NCBI GenBank assembly: GCA_944376905.1
Contig: CALWEA010000007.1
Location: forward strand, 168 to 64,167
Source of the DNA: an uncultured Clostridia bacterium
Lineage (GTDB): Bacteria; Bacillota; Clostridia; Christensenellales; UBA1242
Direction of reading: 5' to 3'
DNA length: 64,000 nucleotides
Shown here: in pieces, positions 35,145 through 45,100 of the stretch
How positions within the stretch are numbered: position 1 is the first letter of the stretch
How the letters are laid out: every line of letters begins with the position of its first letter
Notes under the pieces: generated by a model
Told to the model about the DNA's origin: nothing
What the model saw: only the letters and a program-made list of their open reading frames with translations
Databases searched by the model: none
Program-made: the position numbers and the translations under genes

Positions 35145-37073
35145 TTAAAAAATGTTCAATGATTTGCGTAGCATTTTTATTAATTTCTTTTTAATTTCTA
35201 AGGCATAAACTAATGCTGTATTTGCTTCGTCGGTTTCAACCATTATTCTTATTTTGGGTTCTGTTCCGCTGGCTCTTATTATTAAGCGACCATTATCACC
35301 AATTTTATTCTTATAAAAATTAAATAGGTTTATAAATTCTTTTGATTTAATAATTTGTTTTTGGTTTAAAGATTGAAGAGAAACGTCTTTTTGAATTTGT
35401 ATATATTTATTGTCTTTAACAGTTGAAAATATATTTTTATTTTCTAAAAAAATGTGTGATAAAACTCTGGCGGTCAAAACACCATCTCCTGAAGGAATTA
35501 AATCATTAAATATAATATGTCCTGATTGCTCTCCACCAAGTTCGTATCCATTTTTTTGCATTTCTTCAATAATGTATTTGTCGCCAACAGGTGTTCTAAT
35601 AAGTTCAACTCCTAGCGCTTTAATTTTATTTTCAATTCCTAAATTAGTTAAAACCGTACCAACAACTCTGTTAGATTTTAGTAGATTATTTTTTTTGTAG
35701 TACCAAGTTAATATATATAAAATTTCATCACCGTTCAATATTTGTCCTTTATGATTTATTGCTATAATTCTATCTGCATCACCATCAAAAGCAAAGCCAA
35801 GGTCGGCGTGATATTTTTCGGTTAAGAATTTTATATTTTCAGGGAAAAGACATCCACACTTATCATTAATTTCTCCTTTGGTATGCATTGCAATAACATC
35901 AGCGTTAAGTCCTTTAAAAATCAAAGGGGCAATTTTGCTAGAAGCACCGTTTGCACAATCTAACACTATGCGTAAATCTTCCAAACTAGATTTGTTATAG
36001 TTTTTTATAGCAGTGAAGTATTTGTTTTTTTCCGTTGATAAATCTATAATTTTGCCATCTATTTTTTTCAAATTTTTAACTTTAAAAAGTTTTTCTAAAT
36101 GATTTTCTTGTTTTTCGGAAAGTTTTATGCCATTTTTATCTAAAATTTTTATCCCATTATATTCCTTAGGGTTGTGAGAAGCGGTTATCATAACTCCGTA
36201 ATCACAATTAAACAGTGCGGTATGGAATGCAACGCAGGCAGTTGGAATAATACCAAGTTCGTAAACTTCGCCACCATACTTAACAACTTCATTAACAAAT
36301 GCATCTGCTAAAATTTTCCCACTAGGCCGAGTGTCAGTTCCTAACATGATTTTGGGAGGTTTATTAACGCATAAACTTCTGGCAACTTTGCGAACGAGGT
36401 CAGTTGTTAAAAATTCTCCGTAAACACCTCTAATACCGTCTGTTCCAAAATATTGGTTTTCAAAAGTAAAGTTCTTTAAATAAGGGTTAACAAAATTTTT
36501 AATCTCAACACGTGAACGGCCAATTCCAAATTCACCTTTTTTTATATTAGTGTCTATTGTTGTTCCGCATGCTATATATGCTTCGTCATCTATGTACGCA
36601 GGTGCAACAATATTGCAATTGCTTCCAATAAAAACACGATTTCCAACTTTACTACGCTTTTTCTCGAAACCGTCATAATTACAAAAAATAACTCCGCAAC
36701 CAATATTGCAATTTTCACCTATATCAGCATCTCCAATATAAGAAAGATGTGCGACCTTTGTTTCGTTTTTAATAATTGAATTTTTAATTTCAACGAAATT
36801 GCCAATTCTGCAATTTTCGCCAATAATGGCATTATCACGAATATGAGAAAATGGTCCAACTTTACAATTATTGCAAATTCGACAGTTTTTAACAACAGAA
36901 TTGATTATTTCAACGCCATCTTCAATGATAGCGTTTTCTATGTAACTATTATATATCCTACAATTTTCGCCAACTGAATTATTGCCAACAAAAACAGAAG
37001 TTTTAAAAGTTGTCTGTAAGTTGGTGTTGGTGAATGATTTAATATTCTTACTCATCAAATATATTGTATTCAA
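35145..37073 (-). CDS. glmM: Fusion protein: GlmU-type left-handed beta-helix acetyltransferase domain (N-terminal, about 200 aa) plus phosphoglucosamine mutase GlmM
   Basis: The N-terminal part reads VGPFSHIRDNAIIGENCRIGNFVEIKNSIIKNETKVAHLSYIGDADIGENCNIGCGVIFCNYDGFEKKRSKVGNRVFIGSNCNIVAPAYI, the GlmU C-terminal domain pattern. It is followed by YFGTDGIRGVYGEF, TASHNPKEYNGIK (phosphoserine loop), FDGDADR and GGEQSGH, which are GlmM motifs. No nucleotidyltransferase domain is present. The start is TTG 37073 or ATG 37055. Confidence 0.8.
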   Translation of the reverse strand: MNTIYLMSKNIKSFTNTNLQTTFKTSVFVGNNSVGENCRIYNSYIENAIIEDGVEIINSVVKNCRICNNCKVGPFSHIRDNAIIGENCRIGNFVEIKNSIIKNETKVAHLSYIGDADIGENCNIGCGVIFCNYDGFEKKRSKVGNRVFIGSNCNIVAPAYIDDEAYIACGTTIDTNIKKGEFGIGRSRVEIKNFVNPYLKNFTFENQYFGTDGIRGVYGEFLTTDLVRKVARSLCVNKPPKIMLGTDTRPSGKILADAFVNEVVKYGGEVYELGIIPTACVAFHTALFNCDYGVMITASHNPKEYNGIKILDKNGIKLSEKQENHLEKLFKVKNLKKIDGKIIDLSTEKNKYFTAIKNYNKSSLEDLRIVLDCANGASSKIAPLIFKGLNADVIAMHTKGEINDKCGCLFPENIKFLTEKYHADLGFAFDGDADRIIAINHKGQILNGDEILYILTWYYKKNNLLKSNRVVGTVLTNLGIENKIKALGVELIRTPVGDKYIIEEMQKNGYELGGEQSGHIIFNDLIPSGDGVLTARVLSHIFLENKNIFSTVKDNKYIQIQKDVSLQSLNQKQIIKSKEFINLFNFYKNKIGDNGRLIIRASGTEPKIRIMVETDEANTALVYALEIKKKLIKMLRKSLNIF

Positions 37074-37176
37074 TAAAAATAAAATCAGTGAATAATAAAA
37101 AAATTGTTATTTTTAACAAAATTTAAGAAAAAAACGATATCAATTACATAAAACTGAACAAAATTTAAAATTTAAG

Positions 37177-37205
37177 TTGACGATAATATTAATTATAATT
37201 ATAAT
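37177..37205 (+). promoter_or_regulatory. Sigma-A promoter for 37317..37976
   Basis: TTGACG (37177..37182), a 17-nt spacer, then TATAAT (37200..37205). Confidence 0.6.
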
Positions 37206-37316
37206 AAATATTAAGATTATCAATAAATTATCTTTAAATTATTTTTGAATAAGTTTGTTTAAATTTTAACAAAATAAAAATAATTATATAAAGTTTAGTG
37301 AGAGGTGGGTATTGTT

Positions 37317-37976
37317 ATGAAAATTAAAAAATTAATTGCATCTTGCACAATGATGTGTGCATTAATAGTTGCCTTGGTTGTTGGCGTTTTGGCAGCATCA
37401 ACTGCAACTGTTGATGTAACAGGTAGTGTAACGTATACGGCGAAAGGTAATGTTCATGCAAAATTGGAAATGTCGCATACATCAAATAGTGTTATAACAG
37501 CAACTGCAACCGCAACAACTGGTGGGCCAACATGTACAAATGGTGGCGGTGAAGATAACCCAGTTGGGACAATAGTTTTTAACGGTTCAGAAACAAACGG
37601 TAATGGGGCTTTTACGTTGGGAGATAATGGCAATATTCAACTAAAACAACCTTCATATTCTTACACTCTAACTATAACAAACACTTATACAGAACTTGAT
37701 GCGCAAACAAAAGATAAAACAAGTTTAAAATTAATATTTGTAGAACCAGAAAGTAATAGCAATGTATCTATTTCTTATACACAAGGTTATACTTTAACAG
37801 GAACAAGTGATGGCGATAGAGTTCAAAAAACTTTAATTTTAGCGGAAAATTCAAGCATATCAATAACTGTAACTTTTTCTGCCAATGCAATAGTTGCAAC
37901 GCAGGCTAACTTGGGAATTTCATTACAATTAGAGGCAACAAATGAAGATGGGCAATCTTTTAGTGTTAATCCTTAA
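37317..37976 (+). CDS. Secreted TasA/camelysin-like protein, paralog 4 of 4
   Basis: The N-terminus is MKIKKLIASCTMMCALIVALVVGVLAASTATVDVTGSVTYTAKGNV. YSYTLTITNTYT..LKLIFVEP..ISITVTFSANAIVATQANLGISLQLEATNEDG is also present (compare TasA ..IKLQFSFEATQWNG). ATG 37317 follows the RBS agaggtgg. The track ORF starts at GTG 37305. Confidence 0.5.
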   Translation: MKIKKLIASCTMMCALIVALVVGVLAASTATVDVTGSVTYTAKGNVHAKLEMSHTSNSVITATATATTGGPTCTNGGGEDNPVGTIVFNGSETNGNGAFTLGDNGNIQLKQPSYSYTLTITNTYTELDAQTKDKTSLKLIFVEPESNSNVSISYTQGYTLTGTSDGDRVQKTLILAENSSISITVTFSANAIVATQANLGISLQLEATNEDGQSFSVNP

Positions 37977-38054
37977 TAATTTTTTAAATTAATTTATAAA
38001 AATTTTTATAAATTAATTTTTTTTATTTATAAGTTAGCGTTTATCAGTTTTTTT

Positions 38055-38147
38055 ATTAAAGTTATTGGTTGTTAAATTAAAGTCTATTATTAGTTGTTAA
38101 ATTAAAGTTTATTAGTTGTTGTATTAAAGTCTATTAGTTGTTATTAG
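38055..38147. repeat. Four tandem units of 21-25 bp
   Basis: attaaagttattggttgttaa / attaaagtctattattagttgttaa / attaaagtttattagttgttgt / attaaagtctattagttgttattag. Confidence 0.8.
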
Positions 38148-38504
38148 CGAATATTTTTATAAAAATTAAACAATTAAAATTTTTGTTTAAAATAATCTTT
38201 TATTTTTTTATAATTTATCTTATATTAAATTTTTCGGATTTATGCTTTTTATTATTTAATAAAATTGTTATTAAGTTCTAATATGTTTATTTTAATTTAT
38301 TTTTAAATTTTTTTTAAATTTTTTATCTGTTTTTGTAATCTTTTTAATTTATTTTTTTATAATTTTTTTTATTTTTATATTAATTTTTGTAATATTTTCT
38401 AATATATTTTTTATTAATAAATTTTATTGACATATATAATTATATAATTTTTGTTAATATTTTAACTTTTAATTATAAAATTATTTTGTTTTTTTGTTTT
38501 TTTT

Positions 38505-38513
38505 TGTTATAAT
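38505..38513 (+). promoter_or_regulatory. Extended -10 (TGTTATAAT) placed for a leaderless addB transcript
   Basis: The hexamer ends at 38513. Six nt follow, then the A of ATG at 38520, which is the expected +1. There is no Shine-Dalgarno sequence. Confidence 0.4.
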
Positions 38514-38519
38514 AATAAA

Positions 38520-41500
38520 ATGGAAAAAGTTAAAAGAAAGATATATGCAGTTTGTGGAAATAATTTTAAAGATGTTAATTTGCTCGCTTTAACTCAAATT
38601 AATCCTTTTGATTTTACAACACAAAATATTATCATTGTTCCAGACCGTTCGTCTTTGGTTATGGAAAAATTGGTTTTCGATACTCTTGCAATAACATCAA
38701 CAATGAATATAAATGTTATGGGTATTTCTCGATTTGCAAAAAATATCTTTAAAGAATTGCAAAAAAAATATAATATCCTATCCAAGAGAGAAAGCGTTTT
38801 GTTAACTAGATGTGCTTTAAAAAATTTGCAAGGCAAATTGCAATCTTTCAATAATGATTTTAATCTTGGTTTATGTGAAGAAGTTTATGAAAATATTGCA
38901 CAGTTAAAATCTAACGAAATTTCGAGTGAACAATTAAGTAACGCCACCAATTTGTTAATTTCTTCGTCATCTGCAAGAGTAAGTGATTTAAAAATTATAA
39001 TGGAAGAATACAATTCTTTATTAGGCGATAAATTAGATGGTAATAAAATGCTTGAATTGTTGGAGCAATACATTCAAAATTCTAATCTTAACTTTGATAA
39101 AGTTAATATATTTTTTTTAAATTATGATGCTTTAACTCAGCAGGGATATTCGCTTTTAAAAGTTTTGGCAAGAACAAACGCAAAAGTTTATGTTGGGGCA
39201 ATAGTGCCAGACGGTGATAAATTACAAAAAAATAAATTTATTTTTGAACATGATATTTTAGATAAGTTAAAAGATTTGGCGAATCAAGAAAATTTTGAAA
39301 TTAATATACTTCGTGCGGGTTGTACATTAAATCCTCAATCTAAACATATAAATTATAATTTATATTCTTTAACTCCAACTGTTTTTCAGCCAATTCAATC
39401 ACAATTAAAACAAAATTATTTGCGTATTAAAGAGTGTTTTTCTCGTGAAGAGGAAATAGAAGACATTGCTCAAAAAATAAATTTTCTTATTAAAACAAAT
39501 AAGTGTAAGTATAAAAATATAGCAGTTGCCTGTTCAAATTTAGAAGCAGATTCTTTATTAATTGAAAAGGTTTTCAATGATTATGACTTTTCATATTTTG
39601 TTGATTCTAGTGAATATTTAAACAACACTCAAACTATCAAATTTTTATTATGTGTTTTGGAAATGTTTGAAAATAATTTTGCACAACAATCAATTGAGCA
39701 ATTTTTAACAAGTTTAATATTGGGTTTGCAAAATCAACATATTAGTGTTGTTTTAGATGTTATTAATACATTTAATATTTATGGTGCAAATTTTTTTAAT
39801 ATTGTTGATTATTTCAATCAATACTTAAAAATAAAAGAAACCAATAAACTTTTTAATTTAGATATTTTTAATGAAATTTATCAAAAAGAAGAAATAATTA
39901 AAAATTTAACTAATATAACAAATAATATTTCAAAATTATATCATATTTTTCAAAATTGTAATGATGTTAGGGGTTATTGTGATTTTGTTAAAAAAGTAAT
40001 AGATATTTTCAATTTATTTGAGCAGAATCAATTAATTGTAAATAGTTTTGACAATCAACATGAAATAAAACTCCAAAAAATATATGAACAAATTCCTGAT
40101 AAATTATTGGAAATTTTTGAAACTATTAATAATGTTCTTCCTAATGAAACAATTAAATATGAGGAATTTTTAGATTTATTTTCAACTATTGTAGATGAAA
40201 TTAAAATTTCAACTGTTCCAATATCTTCAAATGCTATTTTTGTTGGTGATGCAACTGATAGTTTTTTTGAAAATTGTCAATATTTATTTGTCTGTGGTGC
40301 GAATGAAGGAAGTTTGCCGAGATTTTTAAATGATAATGGTATTTTATCAGATGATATATTAAATGAAATTAAATGTGTTGCATCAATTAGTCCAACAATT
40401 AAGATGATAAATAGAAGAAATAGGTTTAAAACTCTTAATTTACTTCAAAATGCCGAAAAAGGTTTATTTGTTTCTTATTCACTTGCTGATGGCGAAGGAA
40501 AAAAACTTTTGCCAAGTAGTTTTGTTGTTTCGCTTAAAAAAATGTTTAATGTTCAAATTGAGAATAGTCTCGTTGACAATGTTTTGTCCTTTGAAAAAAG
40601 TAAAAACATAAAAAAGGATAAAAATAATTTAGAAAATAATTTAAAACTTTGTTCGAATAATAGTGTAAGCAATATATCAAAAAACATATTAAAAAATAAC
40701 GGAAATAAAGAGATAAGCGAAACAAGTGGTGATTTTGCAAGCAATATTAGCAATAGTTTTTTTGATGATAAAACTATTCAAAAATTTGCTATTTTTCTAG
40801 GAAACAAAAATCGAGCAAAACATGAATTTTTGAAAACAACATTTCAGCAAAATTACCAAGAGGCTGTTTTGTATAATTCTTTGTTTTATGCCATCGACAA
40901 AGATATAAAAAATTTTGATTATTTTAATAATTATAATTTAACTTGCAATAAAGAAAATTTATTTTTTACAAATAAAAAAATAACTGTTTCGCAAATTGAA
41001 ACTTATTTAAGTTGTCCTTTTAGAAATTATGCTAATTATGGTCTTAAAATAAAAGAAATTGAAAATTTTGAATTAGCACCAAAAGACATAGGAATTATCT
41101 TGCACAAAATAACAAAAATATTTTTAACCCCAAAAAATAATTATATAGAAAACATAAATTTATTTTTGAAAAAGAACAATATTAATTTAGATAAAAATCT
41201 AAATACCGAAGAAGAAAAGATTTTAGATATAAAAATAAATGAAATAGTTGATTTTATTTTAAAAAAGATAAGTGAAACAACTGAATTTTATAAATTGAAG
41301 ATTCCTGAAAATAAAAGTGTTGTTATGCTTTTGAAAAATGAAATTGTGAGATTGTTGAAATTTTTATACTACTCTCAATCAATTTCTCTTTTCAAACCAA
41401 CATATTTAGAAGAATATTTTGGTTCAATAAATTTTCCTGCGTATGAATTTGATGTAGACAACAAAACTTTTAAATTAGTTGGAATTTTTGATAGAGTTGA

Positions 41501-42101
41501 TATCTACAAAAATATGTTTATTGTTATTGATTACAAATCTGGGGGCTCGGCTAATGGTGGATATTCTGAAATTTTTTATGGAAACAAAATTCAAATTTTT
41601 ATATATTTAAAAGTATTATCAAAAATTTTAGGGAAAAAGCCTTGTGGTGCATTTTACTTTCCAATTAAAAATCAATATGATGACAAAAGTGTTAAAAATT
41701 ACATGTTAAAAGGTAAAATGATTAAGGACAACTCGTTTATACATGCAATGGACACCTCTTTGAGTTTTGATAATCCAAATAGTAAAATATTCGGCGTTAA
41801 GGTTAGTACTGCTAAAAAGAATATTGAAAAAAATGAAATAGTTTATAATGCTTCGTCAACGGCGGTTGATGATTATGTTTTAAATAATTGTATGAATTAT
41901 TCTTTTAAATTGCTAGAAGAGGTTTTGCTGGAAATTTTACAAGGTAATATTATTCCAAATCCAATCAAAGATGTTTGTGATTATTGTTCCTTTAAAGGTT
42001 TTTGTGGGTTTAATAAAAATATTGTGCCAAGAGAATTTATATATGAAAATAGTGAGATAAAAAAAGAAATTTTTGAAAATGATAAAATTGATTTTGAATA
42101 A
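38520..42101 (+). CDS. addB: ATP-dependent helicase/nuclease AddAB, subunit B
   Basis: The protein is 1193 aa and lies immediately upstream of addA. The C-terminal RecB-type nuclease region has the Fe-S cysteines (LSCPFRNYANYG ... CDYCSFKGFC) and FIVIDYKSG. It carries Asn-rich inserts. Confidence 0.85.
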   Translation: MEKVKRKIYAVCGNNFKDVNLLALTQINPFDFTTQNIIIVPDRSSLVMEKLVFDTLAITSTMNINVMGISRFAKNIFKELQKKYNILSKRESVLLTRCALKNLQGKLQSFNNDFNLGLCEEVYENIAQLKSNEISSEQLSNATNLLISSSSARVSDLKIIMEEYNSLLGDKLDGNKMLELLEQYIQNSNLNFDKVNIFFLNYDALTQQGYSLLKVLARTNAKVYVGAIVPDGDKLQKNKFIFEHDILDKLKDLANQENFEINILRAGCTLNPQSKHINYNLYSLTPTVFQPIQSQLKQNYLRIKECFSREEEIEDIAQKINFLIKTNKCKYKNIAVACSNLEADSLLIEKVFNDYDFSYFVDSSEYLNNTQTIKFLLCVLEMFENNFAQQSIEQFLTSLILGLQNQHISVVLDVINTFNIYGANFFNIVDYFNQYLKIKETNKLFNLDIFNEIYQKEEIIKNLTNITNNISKLYHIFQNCNDVRGYCDFVKKVIDIFNLFEQNQLIVNSFDNQHEIKLQKIYEQIPDKLLEIFETINNVLPNETIKYEEFLDLFSTIVDEIKISTVPISSNAIFVGDATDSFFENCQYLFVCGANEGSLPRFLNDNGILSDDILNEIKCVASISPTIKMINRRNRFKTLNLLQNAEKGLFVSYSLADGEGKKLLPSSFVVSLKKMFNVQIENSLVDNVLSFEKSKNIKKDKNNLENNLKLCSNNSVSNISKNILKNNGNKEISETSGDFASNISNSFFDDKTIQKFAIFLGNKNRAKHEFLKTTFQQNYQEAVLYNSLFYAIDKDIKNFDYFNNYNLTCNKENLFFTNKKITVSQIETYLSCPFRNYANYGLKIKEIENFELAPKDIGIILHKITKIFLTPKNNYIENINLFLKKNNINLDKNLNTEEEKILDIKINEIVDFILKKISETTEFYKLKIPENKSVVMLLKNEIVRLLKFLYYSQSISLFKPTYLEEYFGSINFPAYEFDVDNKTFKLVGIFDRVDIYKNMFIVIDYKSGGSANGGYSEIFYGNKIQIFIYLKVLSKILGKKPCGAFYFPIKNQYDDKSVKNYMLKGKMIKDNSFIHAMDTSLSFDNPNSKIFGVKVSTAKKNIEKNEIVYNASSTAVDDYVLNNCMNYSFKLLEEVLLEILQGNIIPNPIKDVCDYCSFKGFCGFNKNIVPREFIYENSEIKKEIFENDKIDFE

Positions 42102-42167
42102 ATTAATATTTTAAAAACAATTTGTAAAATTATAATATAATTGATTTATTTTATATGGAGAATAAAA

Positions 42168-45100
42168 ATGCAGAAAAAACAATTTCCATTCCAGCCTGAG
42201 CAAATTAAAGTTTTAAATAGTGAAGGTAAAAATGTTATTGTTTCTGCTTCGGCGGGAAGTGGAAAAACAACAGTTTTAATTCAAAAACTTATTAAATTAA
42301 TAACCGAAAAAAATGTTAGCGTTAAAAAATTGTTGGTTTTAACTTATACCAAAGCATCGGCAGAAGAAATGAAACAAAAGTTGATAGACGCACTTTATGA
42401 AAATGCTATTGATAATCCCAAACTTTTGGAGCAAATAGATGATGTCGCTGTTTCTGATATATCAACAATACATAGTTTTTTTCAAAGATTAATTAAACGC
42501 TATTTTATGGTTTTAAAAATAAATCCTGCTTTTAGTGTGATGGAAGAACAAGAGTCGGAAATTTTAAAAAGTCAGGCTATAAAAAATATTTTAAACGATT
42601 TTTCAAAAACAAATCCTTATTATTTGGAAAAACTGTTAGATTATTATGGCAAGACAAGAAGTCATAAAACAATTAAAAAACTTTTAGATAAAATAAATAT
42701 TTTTTTAGGAGCAGTTGATGATGTTGAAGAATTTTATAATCATACATCAACTTTGTTTTGTTGTGAAAATTTAAATAAAAATTTGGCTGTTTTTTTTGTT
42801 AATAAAGAATTGTGTGAGATGATTGATTATTTTAAAACAGAATTTTTGAAATTAAATAAAGAGGCTCAGTTTATAGATAGTAAGGAATATTTTGAATATA
42901 CAAACAAAATTTTGGCAATTCTTTCTCAAATAAAAATGACAACAAAAGAAAAAGTTTATTTTAAAAATTATTTAGAGAATTTAAATGATAATGTAGATAA
43001 TAACGATGAAGTTGACGAAATTCCATCTACAACATTTTTCAAAAATTATCAAATATTAATTTCTTCTAAATTCCCTAACTTGAATCAACCAAAATCTAAC
43101 TCAAAAGTTTGTCAATATCAATCACAAAATAATGTGTTAAAAAATGGATTACAAGACATTTTAAAAGAAAATTTGCCGGATAATTCACAAGATAAAGTAA
43201 AGAATGAATTAAAAGATAGATTGAAAAACGATAATTGCCAAGAGGAATTTGACAAAAACTTAAATTTGTATATAAAATTAAATGAGGTTAAAACTAAATT
43301 TGCAAAAGAAAAAACAAATTATTTAGATTGTGATTATAATGAAGAAAATGTCTTACAATCAATAAAAGATATAAAAGAAACAATAAAAATTCTACTTGAA
43401 TTAAACCAAAGTTATGAAAAAGAATATTTGAAATTGAAACAAAGGAAAAATGTTGTTGATTTTAATGACTTAGAAAAATACGCATTACTTCTTTTAAAAA
43501 ATTCTAGCATATGTAGCGAATTACAAAATCAATATAAATATATTTTTGTTGACGAATATCAAGATGCGAACTATTTACAAGAAAAAATACTTTCTTTAAT
43601 TTCTTCTAATAATAATAGATTTATGGTTGGAGATGTTAAACAGAGTATTTACGGTTTTCGTCAAGCGGAACCTGATATTTTTCTTAATCTTGAAGAAAAG
43701 TTTAAAACCGACCCCAACAGTGAAGCCCTTACATTAAATTCAAATTTTAGAAGTAATAAAAATATACTAAATTTTGTTAATTTAGTTTTTTCGGAAATCA
43801 TGACTCAAAAAACCGCTAAACTTGATTACAAGATTTCTTCTTGTTTAATACCAAAAGCAAAATACAAAGATGTTTTGTCTAACAGTTTTAAAAATGTTGA
43901 ACTTAATATTATTAAAATTCCGGAAAATATTGAAAAACCTAAACCACCAAAACTTTATAGTGTGCAAAACATAAAAAGTGAATATTTGTATAATTTTGAA
44001 CCCGCAGAATTGGAAGCACGCTTGGTTGCAAAGAAAATTAGCGAATTAGTTGGACAAAAAATTTATGATGTTAAATTAAAACAGGAAAGAGAAATTCAAT
44101 TTAAAGATATTTGTATGCTTTTGAACTCAAGAGGAGAATATCTTGATAAATTTTGTAGCGTTTTAAATAAATTTGGTATTCCCATTTATGCAAACACAAA
44201 TTCTTCTCTTTTTGAAGATGAGGAAATTAAAATTTTTCTTAGTTTGTTAAAATTAAGTGTTTCTCAATTAGATGATATTTCTTATGTAACTGTTCTGCAT
44301 AGTATTTTTGGAGAATTAACTTACAATGAAATTGCAATTTTAAAAATAATATTTCCTAAATGTAATAGTGTTTATGAAATTATTAATAAATTCTTAAACG
44401 ACCAAAATATAATTAAATTTTTAAATTGTTTTAGTGATGGTGAGAATTGTAAAGAAACTTTTGAAAAAGATTTAAATAGTTTTGCAACTAATTTAAAGGA
44501 AACATTATCAAATAATAATTTTAGCGTTATTGAATTAAAAAAATTATATCAAAAAGTTAAAAACTTCACAAAATTTTTAGATAATTTTATTAAAAAATTA
44601 AAATTTAATGGGGTATACTTGACTTTAAATAAAATAATTAATGATTTTGATTATTTTTCTTATTTATATCAACGAAGTGATGGAATTGAGAAAGTTGCCA
44701 AAATTAAAAAATTTGTTGAAAATTTTGTTAATAACTCCTATAACTTTGATATTGTTGGATTTTTAAATTTTGTTGAAAATTCACCTAATTTAGTTCGTGC
44801 GCCAAATTATATAAGCGGTGATAATTGTGTTAGTATAACAACAATTCATTCAAGTAAAGGCTTGGAATATCCAATTGTTTTTCTAATAAATTGTGGGGGT
44901 AATTTTTATGGAAAACAGCGTGATGGCGACATAGAATTAAATACTAATTTTGGTATTGCATTAAAACGATTTGATAAAAATAATAGAAGTAAAAATATGT
45001 CTATAATATTTGATGCTATGCAAAAAATAAATAAAAATGATGTATTTGCGGAAAAATTACGTCTTTTGTATGTTGCTTTAACTCGTGCTCAAAACCATTT

